A DNA stretch of 64,000 nucleotides from an uncultured Acidobacteriota bacterium (GTDB lineage Bacteria; Acidobacteriota; Vicinamibacteria; Vicinamibacterales; 2-12-FULL-66-21): contig CAWKBU010000029.1 in assembly GCA_963847975.1 (NCBI GenBank), positions 229,064 to 293,063 on the forward strand, given 5' to 3'. The notes under the pieces were generated by a model. It made no database searches, was not told the DNA's origin, and saw only the letters and a list, made by a program, of their open reading frames with translations. Shown here piece after piece: positions 49,908 through 60,581 of this stretch. Numbering within the stretch: the stretch's first letter is position 1; the number at the start of each line of letters is the position of its first letter. The translations under genes were made by a program, and so were the position numbers.

Positions 49908-50108
49908 ATGCACGTAGTCATCGTGATCCTGGAGATGGGTCTGATGATCACGGCCCTGCTGGTGGCAGTGGGAGCCGCCTTCTACGCGCTGGTGTGGGTC
50001 TCGTTGATGGTGGCATCGTCGTTCCCGATCATTGGGAAGCGACATCGCCACCAACGATGGGATGACTTGAACAAGCCCTCAGGACGCGCCAGCGAACACC
50101 CGGATTAG
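49908..50108 (+). CDS. Small two-TM membrane protein (66 aa)
   Basis: GGAG 5 nt before the ATG. VVIVILEMGLMITALLVAVGAAFYALVWVSLMVASSFPII is hydrophobic and is followed by a basic tail. Located 40 nt after the S9 stop. Confidence 0.5.
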   Translation: MHVVIVILEMGLMITALLVAVGAAFYALVWVSLMVASSFPIIGKRHRHQRWDDLNKPSGRASEHPD

Positions 50109-50172
50109 CTTAGAACCGTCTCGTAACGGCCGGGGCTCACGCTGAACGTGCCGACGGCCAAGGATTCTCTAT

Positions 50173-50226
50173 GGCCATCGTGGCCTTCGTGTCATCGTGG
50201 GCATCGTGTGGCAACGTCGTGACAGC
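50173..50226. repeat. Inverted copy of the 176-235 repeat unit
   Basis: ggccatcgtggccttcgtgtcatcgtgggcatcgtgtggcaacgtcgtgacagc compared with the reverse complement of 176-235, ggcccatcgtgcccttcgtgtcatcgtgggcatcgtgtggacaacgtgggccgtgacagc. They share an identical 27-nt core, cttcgtgtcatcgtgggcatcgtgtgg. Confidence 0.8.
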
Positions 50227-50243
50227 CCGACGTCCTATCCCCC

Positions 50244-52910
50244 TCACCGATTCCGCAGCGCGGCGGCGGGGTCGATGCGGGCCGCGCGCCACGCGGGCGC
50301 GGCGATCGACAGCGCCGCCGTGATCGCCAGCACGAGCGTGACCAGCGCGAACGTCGTGGGGTCGAGCGGCCGCACGCCGAAGAGCAGCGTCTCGATCAGG
50401 CGTCCGCTCATCGCCGCCAGCACGAGGCCGATGGCGGCTCCGGTTCCGACCACGCGAAGGGCATTCGTCAGCACGAGCCGGAGGACATCGTTCGTGGACG
50501 CCCCGAGCGCCCGCCGGAGGCCGAAGTCGCGCACGCTCTGCTGCACCGAATACGCGAGAATCCCGAAGACCCCGACCATCGCCAGGATGAGCGCGAGGGT
50601 GGCAAACGCCATCACCATCACCGCCCGGAAGCGGTGACGGCCGGTGGCCGTGCGCGCGATGGCGTCGAGCGTCATGACGCTGCGCACGCTGACGAGCTGC
50701 TCCTTGTCGACGCGCGAGATGGCGGCCCGAATCGACGGCGCCAGAGCCTCGGCGTCTCCGGACTTCGGCCGGACGAGCAGAAAGACGTCGTCGGAGATGT
50801 CCTGCGTCATCGGCACATAGAGCTGCACGAACGCCGCGGCCTCATCCGGCCGTCCCTTCACCTGGCGCGCAACGCCCACGATCTCGCGCACGACTGGCTT
50901 GGCTTCCGGCGACGACGTCGGCCGCAGCGCGACGCGCTGGCCGATCGGTGAGCGCCCGCCAAACGTCTTGGCGAAGGCCTCGTTCACGATGCAGACCGGC
51001 ACACCATCGCGCGCATCGCGCTTGTCGAACGCGCGTCCTGCCAGGATCGGCAGGTCGAGCGTCGAGAAGTACGTCTGGCTGACGGACTGATAGCCCGTGC
51101 TCGGCCGCTCGCGGTCGTCGAGGGGAGCCTCGCCGACGATCTCGAACGACACCCCGCCGGTGTCGAAGAAGTCGAGCGGCCGATCGCTCGCCCAGGCGGC
51201 ACCCGCCACGCCTGGGACGGCGGCGATCTCGGCCTCGACCTGCTCGTAGAACTGCTCCAGCGCGACCGCGGTCGGATACTTCGAGCCGAGCGGATCGACG
51301 AGCATCGAGAGGACGCTCTCGGCACGATACCCGCGGTCGAAATCTTCGACGGCCAGGAGCGTCCGCAGCAGAAGTCCCGCACCGGCGAGGAGGAACACCG
51401 CCATCGCGACCTCGCCCATCACCAGCAGCCCGCGCAGCCGTCCGCCGCTGCCGGTCGTCGTCCGGGTGTCGGACCCGATGACTTCGGCGGTCGAGAAGGC
51501 CGTCGCCTTCCACGCCGGCATCACGCCGAACACGAGGCCGACGCCGAGCGCGGCGGCGGCGCAAAAGGCCGCGACCCGCACGTCGAAGGTCAGCGCGACG
51601 CTCGCCGGCAGTAATCCCTCGGGAACGAGCGCGGGCGCCACATTCAGGATAGCCGCCCCGATCCCGGCACCGAGCGCGCCGCCAATCACGGCCAATACCA
51701 GGGCCTCGGTCAACAGTTGCCGGACGATGCGCCGCCGGCCGGCACCGAGCGCGGACCGGACCGCCAGCTCGCGCGTCCGCACCGTCGCGCGGGCGAGCAG
51801 CAGGTTGGCGACGTTGGCGCAACAGATGAGGAGCACGAATCCCACGACGCCCAGGAAGAGCATCGACGTCGAACGGAGATCGCTGCCGATGACGGTGTCG
51901 TGCAGGCGCTCGAGCCTGATGCCGCGGCCCTTGTTGGTCTGCGGGAACTCCTGCGCCAGCCCGCCGGCGACGGCTTCGAGATCGGCGCTGGCCGCCTCGA
52001 TCGATGCGTCTGGCTTCAGGCGTCCTACCACCTGGAAGATGTACGCGCCGCGGGCGCGGGGCGGCACGTTGACGAGTGACCGCATCGCCCAGATGCTCGT
52101 CTGCCCCAGGATCTGGAAGTCCTTCGGCACGATGCCGATTACCGTAAAGAGCGTTCCGTCGAAGCGGATCTCGCGCCCGACGACGCCCGGATCGGCGTTG
52201 AAGCGCGTGCGCCAGAATGCCTCGCTCATCACGACCGCGTTGGCGCGAGTGGCCTCGTCCTCGGCGGAGAACGTCCGGCCGGCAATCGGCGTGACGCCGA
52301 GGACGTCGAAAATCCCGGACGTGACCCACTGGCGGGCAACGGTCTCCGCGTTCCCATCGGCGCCGGCCATCACCATGCCGCCGACGCTCGGCGTAAAGCC
52401 CGCGATGTTCTCGAACGTGCGGCTGCGCGCCTTCCAGTCGAGCAGGTTGAGCGGCGAGGCGTAGCTCTGCGGGATGGTCGCGGTCTTCTCCCAGATCGAC
52501 ACGAGGCGATCGGGGTTGCCGTACGGAAGCGGGCGGAGGAGCGTGGCATCGACGAGCGCGAAGATGGCGCTGTTGGCGCCGATGCCGAGCGCGAGCGTCA
52601 ACGTCGCGACCAGGGTGAAGGCGGGCGAGCCCTTCAGCTGCCGCAGCGCGAACCTGAGATCGCTGCGAAGCTCGTCGAACCATTGCGTGAGGCGCATGTC
52701 GCGGTCTCTCCTTCTGCCAATTGCCGTCATCGTCTGTCTGAGGTTCGCGACATCGCCGAGCCGGCGGAGGGCCAGCTCGCGCGCCGCCGCCGGATCCATG
52801 CCGCGCGCGACGAGCTCGCGCGTGCGCATCTCGACGTGCAGGGCGAGCTCTTCGTCGACCTCGCGCTCGAGCGGCACACGCCACAGCCACGAACGGAGCG
52901 AGCGCTTCAT
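50244..52910 (-). CDS. ADOP-family duplicated FtsX/MacB-type permease (pair 3)
   Basis: Intact. [53 protein letters not shown]...[50 protein letters not shown] 52910 overlaps the PadR stop (ATGA). Confidence 0.9.
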   Translation of the reverse strand: MKRSLRSWLWRVPLEREVDEELALHVEMRTRELVARGMDPAAARELALRRLGDVANLRQTMTAIGRRRDRDMRLTQWFDELRSDLRFALRQLKGSPAFTLVATLTLALGIGANSAIFALVDATLLRPLPYGNPDRLVSIWEKTATIPQSYASPLNLLDWKARSRTFENIAGFTPSVGGMVMAGADGNAETVARQWVTSGIFDVLGVTPIAGRTFSAEDEATRANAVVMSEAFWRTRFNADPGVVGREIRFDGTLFTVIGIVPKDFQILGQTSIWAMRSLVNVPPRARGAYIFQVVGRLKPDASIEAASADLEAVAGGLAQEFPQTNKGRGIRLERLHDTVIGSDLRSTSMLFLGVVGFVLLICCANVANLLLARATVRTRELAVRSALGAGRRRIVRQLLTEALVLAVIGGALGAGIGAAILNVAPALVPEGLLPASVALTFDVRVAAFCAAAALGVGLVFGVMPAWKATAFSTAEVIGSDTRTTTGSGGRLRGLLVMGEVAMAVFLLAGAGLLLRTLLAVEDFDRGYRAESVLSMLVDPLGSKYPTAVALEQFYEQVEAEIAAVPGVAGAAWASDRPLDFFDTGGVSFEIVGEAPLDDRERPSTGYQSVSQTYFSTLDLPILAGRAFDKRDARDGVPVCIVNEAFAKTFGGRSPIGQRVALRPTSSPEAKPVVREIVGVARQVKGRPDEAAAFVQLYVPMTQDISDDVFLLVRPKSGDAEALAPSIRAAISRVDKEQLVSVRSVMTLDAIARTATGRHRFRAVMVMAFATLALILAMVGVFGILAYSVQQSVRDFGLRRALGASTNDVLRLVLTNALRVVGTGAAIGLVLAAMSGRLIETLLFGVRPLDPTTFALVTLVLAITAALSIAAPAWRAARIDPAAALRNR

Positions 52911-53242
52911 GTCGAGAGCAGGACCTTGGAGACGCCGGTCGTGAACCGCCGCCAGGTGGCCAGTTCGGTCGCGAGCTGTTCGCGGCCCAACTCGGTCAGG
53001 CGGTACAACTTCGCCCGCCGGCCGAGCTCGGACATGCCCCATTCGGCCTCGACCCATCCCCGCCGCTCCAGCCGATAGAGCGCCGGATAGAGGGACCCGT
53101 CCTCGACGAGCAGGGCATCCCCGGAGGTGTCCTCGATGAAGCGGGCGACGGCGTAGCCGTGGGACGGACCTCTGGCTAAAGTCTTGAGAATCAAGGCATC
53201 TAGCGCGCCGTGGAGGAGCGCATTCGGGGGCTTTGGTGCCAT
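52907..53242 (-). CDS. PadR-family transcriptional regulator (pair 3)
   Basis: [77 protein letters not shown]. Confidence 0.9.
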   Translation of the reverse strand: MAPKPPNALLHGALDALILKTLARGPSHGYAVARFIEDTSGDALLVEDGSLYPALYRLERRGWVEAEWGMSELGRRAKLYRLTELGREQLATELATWRRFTTGVSKVLLST

Positions 53243-53258
53243 CTGTTTGGTTGTCCGA

Positions 53259-53279
53259 TTACCAAGATATTCTGGGTAA
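53259..53279 (-). promoter_or_regulatory. Candidate PadR-3 operator: imperfect palindrome TTACC(A/C)A-N7-T(G/T)GGTAA, 17 nt upstream of the padR-3 ATG
   Basis: ttaccaagatattctgggtaa read directly. It is AT-rich relative to its surroundings. Confidence 0.3.
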
Positions 53280-53320
53280 CAACAACCTAAGACGGATTCA
53301 GGGGCGGGAAAGTTTGCTGG

Positions 53321-54578
53321 CTAGCGAAACAGCTTCGGTCCGACCTCGTACAGGTACAGCCGCCAGTTCTCCCACGTGTGGCCGCCGGGCGTTTCCCGCG
53401 TCTCGATACGCACGCCCTGCGCCTTGAACTTGTCGATGACGGCCAGGCCGTTGCTGCGCGCGATGTCGGTCTCTCCCCAACCCCACCAGAAGAGTTTGAG
53501 GGCCGCGTTGTATTTGGGAATCTTCTCGGCTTCTGCCTTGTAGAAGAACTCGCGGTCCTGCTCGGTCGTCCAACCCGAGCTCATCACCGCCAGGTACCGG
53601 AACGTTCCGAGATTGTGGAGACCGATGTTCAGGGTCTGGATGCCGCCCATCGAGAGGCCTGAGAGCGCGCGTGCGTCGGGCGTGCCGAGCGTGCGGTAGT
53701 TCGCCTCGACGAACGGGATGATGTCCTTCAGCAGCTCGTCGTTGAACGGATCCTTGGTCGCGTCGGCGGTCATGACCTGCCCGCCCGATGGCGTCCAGCC
53801 CGAGGGCATCACCACGATCATCGGCACGGCCTTCTTCTCGGCGAGCAGGTTGTCGAGGATGTAGTTCGCACGGCCGACGGTGGGCCAGGAGATCGCGGTG
53901 TCACCACCGCCATGAATCAGGTACAGCACGGGTAACCGCCCGGTCCCCTTTTCGTAGCCCGGCGGCGTGTAGACATACATTTCACGGCGGGCATTCCCAA
54001 GTGTCTTGGCCACGTAGCGGACCAGGCCGACAGTTCCGTGCGGCACGTCGCGCGTTTCAGAGAAGTCGCCCGGGACGTAGAGGACGCTCTGCACCTGCGT
54101 CTGGTTCGGCGACACGTTCACGTTGCGCGAATCGACCACCGTGGCGCCATCGATCGAGAACGTGTAACGCCAGGCGCCCGGCTTCACGCGGCGTACCGTC
54201 GTGCCGCTCCAGATGCCGGTCTCACCCTTGGTCATCGTGACTGCCGGCGGGACGCCGCCTCTGCCTCCGGGCGCTCCAGGAGCCGCAGGTTCGGGCGGAG
54301 GTGCTCCCGGATCGGGAATAAGGCTGCCATTGATGTCGCCGCCGACCGTGACCGTGGTCGCATTCGGCGCGAGCACGCGGAAGGTCACGCGACCATCGGT
54401 TTCAATCTGCGGCGAGACCACTGCCGGCCCGCCGCGGCCGCCACCACGCCCGGGACCCGGAGTCGCGGGCGCCTGGGGTGCTGCGGGCGCCGGTTGCGGT
54501 GGCTGAACCTGGGCCACGGCGACCAGGCCGCCGAAGACAGCCGAGAGAGATCACGAACAGGACTCGAACTCGTTGCAT
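53321..54578 (-). CDS. Secreted esterase (esterase D / enterochelin-esterase-like) with N-terminal Ig-like (E-set/CBM48-like) domain; probable frame change near 54535
   Basis: ORF 53321..54517: DGRVTFRVLAPNATTVTVGGD...GIWSGTT..PGAWRYTFSIDG; catalytic part LPVLYLIHGGGD...ALSGLSMGG...GGHTW. The signal peptide MQRVRVLFVISLG..FGGLVAVAQ appears only if it is joined to ATG 54578 in another frame. Confidence 0.75.
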
Positions 54579-54726
54579 ATCACCGACTCCTATGAACGCG
54601 CACCAGTCTACAGGCCATTTCGTCCACGGCCGACGGCTTATCACGATGAGCGCGAAGCTCACCAAGCTCACGAAGGAGGGGCCGCGGCCGACTCAACGAC
54701 CGCGCCGCGGGTGTAGAATCAGCACC

Positions 54727-57022
54727 ATGCCGCGTCCACTGGTGGCGCTCTACGTGCTTGCGCTGGCAGCAAGCTCGTCGATGATGGCACTCCTCGCGTC
54801 GCCCGCGCCTTCGACGCCGGTCGCGGTCGCGTTGCAGCCGCTCGCCGCCCAGGTCGCGCGCGTGACCGAAGCGCTCCAGTATCTCGGGTCGCCGCTGCCC
54901 GATACCGATCGGCGCGCGCTCGAGGCGGCAATCGCACTCCCCGACGAGCGCGCGGCCACCTCACGCGTCCAGGAAATCCTCGACCGCCACTGCCTCCTCG
55001 ACGTCCATATCAATCCCGAAAGCCGCGTCCACGTCACACAGGGGCGCGCGAGCGCCGAGCTCGTCGAGCAGGGCTGGCGCACGTTTCTCGTCAAGGTGCG
55101 CAACGAGGCCGGCGTGACGGCGCCCTTGCGCATCTCGAGCCCGCAGGCGCTGCGCGTCTTCTCGCGCGGGCGCGGCGGATTCAGCATGAGCCCGCGGCCG
55201 GAGCAGACGATCTCGGCGCGCGACGTCGCCGACCGCTGGCTCGATCTGCAGCTGTTCGACAAGCCGCCGCTCTTGCCGGCGCTCTCCGGACTCGCGGTCG
55301 AATACCGCATCCTGCAGCTCTACAGCCGTGACGCCGGACAGCGTGAAGCATCGCTCGCGGCCGACGTCGGGCAAGGCACGCAGGACATCGGCTTCCGCAA
55401 CGACGCGCCGGTCCTCTTCCGCGTCCTGCCGTCGAGCAGGTCCGGCTGCGCATCCTCGACGAACGCGGCCAGCCGGCGACGGCGTCGCTCACGATCCGCG
55501 ATGCGCAGGGACGGTTGTATCCATCGCCCGGAAAGCGGCTCGCGCCGGACTTCGACTTTCAGCCCCAGGTCTACCGCGCCGACGGCGACGTCATCCGCCT
55601 GGCCGCCGGCGCCTACACCGTCGACGTCACGCGCGGGCCGGAGTACGTCACGCGCCGCGTGCCGCTCGAGGTCGGGCGCACCGGCAGGACGCTGGAGCTC
55701 AGGCTCGAGCGCTGGATCGACCTCCCCTCCCGCGGCTGGTATCCCGGCGATCATCACATCCACTCCGCGGGGTGCCTGCACTACGAGTCGCCGACGCAGG
55801 GCGTCGAGCCGCGCGACATGATCCGCCACATCCTCGGAGAAGCCTTGAGCGTCGGCTCGGTGCTGACCTGGGGCCCGGGTTACTACTACCAAAAGCAGTT
55901 CTTCGAAGGCCGGGACAACTCGCTGTCGTCGCCCGATCACCTGATGCGCTACGACCTGGAAGTCTCCGGCTTCCCATCGAGCTTCAACGGTCACCTCGTG
56001 CTGCTCAAGCTGAAGGACCAGGACTACCCGGGCACGAAAGTCCTCGAAGACTGGCCGACGTGGGATCTGCCGATCCTCAAGTGGGCGAAGGCGCAGGGCG
56101 CCGTCGTCGGCTTCGCCCACTCGGGCTGGGGCCTGGCCGTCAAGGGCAGCACGCTCCCGACCGACGAGATTCCCCCGTTCGACGGCATCGGCGCCAACGA
56201 GTACGTCGTCGACGTCGCGCACGATGCCGTCGACTTCATCTCGACGATCGATACGCCGCCGTTGTGGGAACTGAACGTCTGGTATCACACGCTCAACGCC
56301 GGGTTCCGCACGCGCATCAGCGGCGAGACCGACTTTCCCTGCATCTACGGCGACCGTGTCGGCCTCGGCCGGAGCTACGTGCGGCTCGACAAGCTGTCGT
56401 ACGACGGGTGGACGGAGGGGATTCGCGACGGCCGGGCGTACGTGACGGACGGCAAGAGCCACCTCGTCGACTTCCGCATCGACGATCGCCATGTCGGCGT
56501 GGACGGCAGCGAGCTGCGGTTGCAACAGCCTGGCACGGTGCGCGTGCGCGCGCTCGTCGCCGCGAGGCTCGACGAGCGCCCTGATGCGGTGATCCGCAAT
56601 CGTCGCGGCGACGAGAAACCGTACTGGGATCTCGAACGGGCGCGCATCGGAGAAGGACGCGACGTGGCGGTCGAGCTCGTCGTCAACGGTGCGGCCGTTG
56701 CGCACCGAGCGTATCGTCGCCGACGGCAAGGTGCAGGAAGTGAGCTTTCGCCCTGGCGATCGAGCGCAGCAGCTGGGTCGCGCTCCGGATTCTGCCTTCG
56801 TCCCACACCAACCCGATCTTCGTCGTCGTCGGCGGACAGCCGATCCGGGCGTCGCGCGCCAGCGTCGAGTGGTGCCTCAAGTCGGTCGATCGGCTGTGGA
56901 GCCAGAAATCACCGCAGATTGCGCCGCGCGAGCGTGACGCCGCGGCCGCCGCCTACGAGCAGGCGCGAGCGGTGTACCGGCAGCGGCTCGCCGAAACGAG
57001 CGCCGCCGGCGCGCCCCGCTGA
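54727..57022 (+). CDS. CehA/McbA-like (PHP-type) metallohydrolase with N-terminal secreted domain; frame changes near 55430, 56695 and 56760
   Basis: Signal MPRPLVALYVLALAASSSMMALLA (ORF 54478..55821 frame). RGWYPGDHHIHSAGCLHYESP...GFAHSGWG...NEYVVDV (ORF 55515..57038). The tail is ...IVADGKVQEVSF | ERSSWVALRILPSSHTNPIFVVVGGQPIRASRASVEWCLKSVDRLW...AETSAAGAPR* (TGA 57020-57022). Confidence 0.7.
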
Positions 57023-57034
57023 CAGCCCGAGAGG

Positions 57035-57671
57035 CTAGCGCCGGCGATCGGGATAAGCCAGGATGAAATTGCCCCGATTGGGCATCTCGACCCGCGGCAA
57101 GGTCTTCGCGTCCATGACGGCATCCTTGGCGATGATGCCGTTGAGGCTGAGCAAGTAGGCCGTGAGCGCGTAGGCGTCGGGATCGGTGAGCGAGTGCGGC
57201 TCCGGGTAGGGCATCGCGCGGCGGACGTAATCGAACACCGTCGTCGCATACGGCCAGTAGCTCCCAATCGTCTTGAGTGGTGCCGAGCTCGTGAGCGTCC
57301 CTTGGCCCCCCACCAGCCGATCGTTCACCGAACCTGCCCCTTGCGGTCCGTGACAGGCGAGGCACTTGGTGTTGAATATCGCTTCGCCCTGCGCGGGCGT
57401 GCCGGAGCCCGGCGGCAGCCCGGCGCCATCTGGTCCAATACTGATGTCGGCGGCCTGGACTTCAGCCGGAGTCGCGGGCTTTCCAAGTCCCGGCCCCTTC
57501 GGCGCCGCCGGTCGCGCCGGAGCGGCGGGAGCGGTCTTGCGGGGGGACGTCGTGGCGGCGGGCGCGGTCTGTTGGGCGGCGATCGTGGCCACGCCGATGA
57601 CGATGGCGACGCAGGACCGGCATCGCCGGCGACACGCGAACGCGCGCCGTGAGAGTGCGTTGGTTACGCAT
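57035..57671 (-). CDS. Mono-heme cytochrome c subunit (SorB/SoxD-like); probable frame change near 57620
   Basis: GEAIFNTKCLACHGPQGAGS...YWPYATTVFDYVRRAMPYPEPHSLT. The N-terminal MRNQRTLTAR... is in another frame. The start overlaps the end of the upstream molybdoenzyme gene. Confidence 0.7.
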
Positions 57672-58926
57672 AGACATTCCGCACCTCCCCCGCTGCGCTG
57701 ACACTCCAACTGGCGATGGCGTGATAGTGGTAGCGGTGCGCAGGTCCGCGCGCAGCGATGAACGCCCGATGCGAGATCTGCACGGCGCCGGTTTCGTCGG
57801 TTGCCCGGCTCATCAGGACCGCGGGGCTTCCATCCCATCTCCACGCCATGCGAAACCGCGTGAGCGCCTTCGGCAGCACAGGATCGGACAAGGCTGAAGC
57901 TGCCCACGTCTTCCCGCCGTCGGCGGAGACATCGACACGGCGGATACGCCCGGCGCCGGTCCACGCCACACCAGAGATCTGATAGAGACCCGGCCCCGGC
58001 ATCGACTGACCGCCGCAGGGCGAGGTGATGACCGACTTCACGCCCATCGGAAACGTGAACTGTCGTGCCTGCCCGTTGGGCATGAGATCGGTGTCACTTC
58101 GATGTCTCGTCTTTCGTCATCACCGGTCCGGCAGTCACCTTCAGCCGGCGCAGCCACTTGACGCTCGTGTTGCCTTCCCAGCCGGGCAACAGGAGCCGCA
58201 TCGGGTACCGTTCTCGGGACGCAGGCGTTCGCCGTTCTGATAAATCGCAATCAGGGCATCGTCCCACGCCTTCTCGATCGGGATGCTGCGGCTCATCGCC
58301 GCGGCGTCGGCGCCTTCGGCCAGGAACCACTTCCCCGCCGGGCGCACGCCGGCCTCGTCCAGAAGCGTCGACAGCGGCACGCCCGTCCAGTCGCTGCACG
58401 ACAGGAGACCGTGCAACGCGCCGGCACCGCCTTGCGGCGGCTCGGGCGCATAGAGGCCGGCGCTGTTGCCGGAACACTCGATGAAGTGAATGCGCGAGAC
58501 GAGCGGATAACGTGACAGCGACGCCAGGTCGAACGTCAACGGCCGCTCCACCAGGCCGTGAATCAGGAGCCGATGCTCGTGAGGGGGAATGTCGGGCACA
58601 CCGCTGTGATGCCGCTCGAAGTGCAGCGCACTCGGTGTGATGATGCCCTCGAAATGCTCGAGCGGCGCACGGGAAGATCCGGAGCCTGTCGTGCCGGTGA
58701 CTGCCGCCACGATGCGTTGCACGGCCGACTCATACGGCGAACGCTCTCCGTACGGACGCAGTCCTTGTCCCGGACTCTTCATCCACGAGGGCACGTCCTG
58801 TTGCGCCGCGGCCGCCGGCCGCGCCCGCAACCAGGCGAGGCCGGCCGCACCCACGCTCGACGACAGAAACAGCCGCCGGTGCAACAATCCTCCACCGGCA
58901 ACTGTTTCGACATGCTTGTTCTTCAT
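57664..58926 (-). CDS. Sulfite-oxidase-family molybdopterin oxidoreductase (SorA/SoxC-like) with Tat signal; frame changes near 58205 and 58095
   Basis: MKNKHVETVAGGGLLHRRLFLSSSVGAAGLAWL (Tat). ITPSALHFERHHSGVP, IHFIECSGNS (Mo-ligand Cys context), YPMRLLLPGWEGNTSVKWLRRL. Dimerisation domain FTFPMGVKSVITSP..GVAWTGAGRIRRVDVSADGGKTW. Assembled from ORFs 58141..58989, 58094..58477 and 57664..58083. Confidence 0.8.
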
Positions 58927-59029
58927 CGTCGCCCCAGCCCAGGCCGACCCTTCGCTGAGCTCAGCCCGTTCTCCAGCAGCGTCTGACACTCCGCCTCAGC
59001 ACGCGTCCCCTTGGCTTGCTGACACATTC

Positions 59030-60024
59030 CTACTTCATCAACTCGGCCAGTTTGTCTTTCACCGCCTCGCCCCAGATGTCGTAGCCTCTGGCCTGCGGGT
59101 GCAGATTGTCCGGCCTGAACGCGTCCGGGAGAAAGACGCCCTTGTCGTCGAGAAACTTCGCGCCGATGTCGAAGTAGAAGACGTTCCGCTGGTCGTCCAG
59201 GCGGGCGATGATGCGGTTGGCCTCGGCAATCTTGTCGCGCACGGGATCGCCGGGCAGCCCGCGCGGGAAGATCGCCAGCAGCAGGATCTTCGCGGTGGGA
59301 AAATTCCTGCGCATCTCGAGCACGACCGCGCCCACGCCCTCGGCGATTTCAGGACCCGTGTTCCCGCCGCTGTTGTTCGTGCCGATCATCACCATGATCG
59401 CCTTGGGTTGAAAGCCCTGTCCTTCGCCGTTCCTGAGCCCCCACAGCACGCCCTGCGTCGTGTCGCCGGCGACGGCGAAATTCGCCGTCCGTAGGGCGCC
59501 GAAGTACTTCTCGAACATCGCCTTGTTGGCGTCGCCCTGCACCCACCAGTCGGTGATCGAGTCGCCGTGCAACAGCAGATCGATGTTCCCTTGCTTGGCC
59601 AGCGCGACGAACCCCTCGTGACGCGGGCCCTGCCTCTGCACCGTCTGCGTAAAGGTGGCGGCGACGTTACGCCGCGCTGGTTGCAGCAGCAACAGCGGTT
59701 CGAATTTCTTCAAGAGAGGTTTGGTCGATGACGAGTCGCTGTCGATGAACTTCTTGACGGCGTCGTTGACCTGCTCCAACTCGGCCGACGTCGGGCGAGG
59801 AATGGCGACTTCAGGAGGCACCGGCGCCGGCGGACCGATGACGACCGGCACGGGCACGAAGCCACCGCGGCCTGGGCCCTGTGGCGCGCCGGAGGCGCGC
59901 CGACCTGCCCGGCAGGTTGCGGAGGTGCGGCGGTAGTTGCCGGCGGCGTCGCTTGCGCGAGCGCGAACCCCGCCCACACCACAGAGGCCAAGACGATGAC
60001 CGGGATGCGGACGAATCGGTTCAC
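59030..60024 (-). CDS. Secreted SGNH/GDSL-family hydrolase; frame change near 59890
   Basis: Block I LLHGDSITD, block III MIGTNN, block V DNLHP. The signal VNRFVRIPVIVLASVVWAGFALAQA is in the 59710..60504 frame (GTG 60024, AAGGA upstream). Confidence 0.8.
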
Positions 60025-60082
60025 ACTGCCGTCCTTTCGTGATGTGCGAGGCGACCTGCGTGCGCGGACGCGGTCGCGCCTG

Positions 60083-60384
60083 TCACTCGGAAGACGCCGC
60101 CGAGTCGTCCTCCGGCGTCGGCCGCCAGAGACGAGGATCTTGCCAACCTGCTGGACGGCTACGGCGTCGGTTCGGGTGCAGATCGCCTCAGCAATTGCGT
60201 GCCGTTCCCCGCGATCGGTGCCGTTGATCCGGACCTTGATGAGTCCATGCGCCGTCAGCGCGCGGTCGAGCTCCGCCGCCACGGCATCGGAAAGTCCGCC
60301 CTGCCCCACCTGCACGATCGGCTCGAGCGCGTGGGCGCGGCCCTTGAGGTGGGTGCGTTCGCGGGCAGTTAAAGAGACGGGCAC
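60083..60384 (-). CDS. yhbY: YhbY-like CRM-domain RNA-binding protein; frame change near 60130
   Basis: LTARERTHLKGRAHALEPIVQVGQGGLSDAVAAELDRALTAHGLIKVRINGTDRGERHAIAEAICTRTDAVAVQQVGKILV | WRPTPEDDSAASSE*. Confidence 0.75.
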
Positions 60385-60581
60385 TATCGAAGCCCCTTCA
60401 GCAGGAACAAACCCGGGGCGCCCATTCCGCCCGCGCCGGGATCGCCGATGATTTCGCGGGTGCCGAGCCGACGGCCAGCAGTAAGGGGCATAGAGTCTGG
60501 GCAAGTGTACGGAAACAGACTGAGGACGTAAAGAAGGGCGATCGCCCGCGTGGGTTTACAATCAGCAGACTCCGCACACCC

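Noticed and set aside
60557-60562. TACAAT hexamer 20 nt upstream of the VWFA-domain gene as a -10 box
   Set aside because: There is no acceptable -35 element at 16-18 nt spacing (aagggc). A single hexamer is insufficient evidence.
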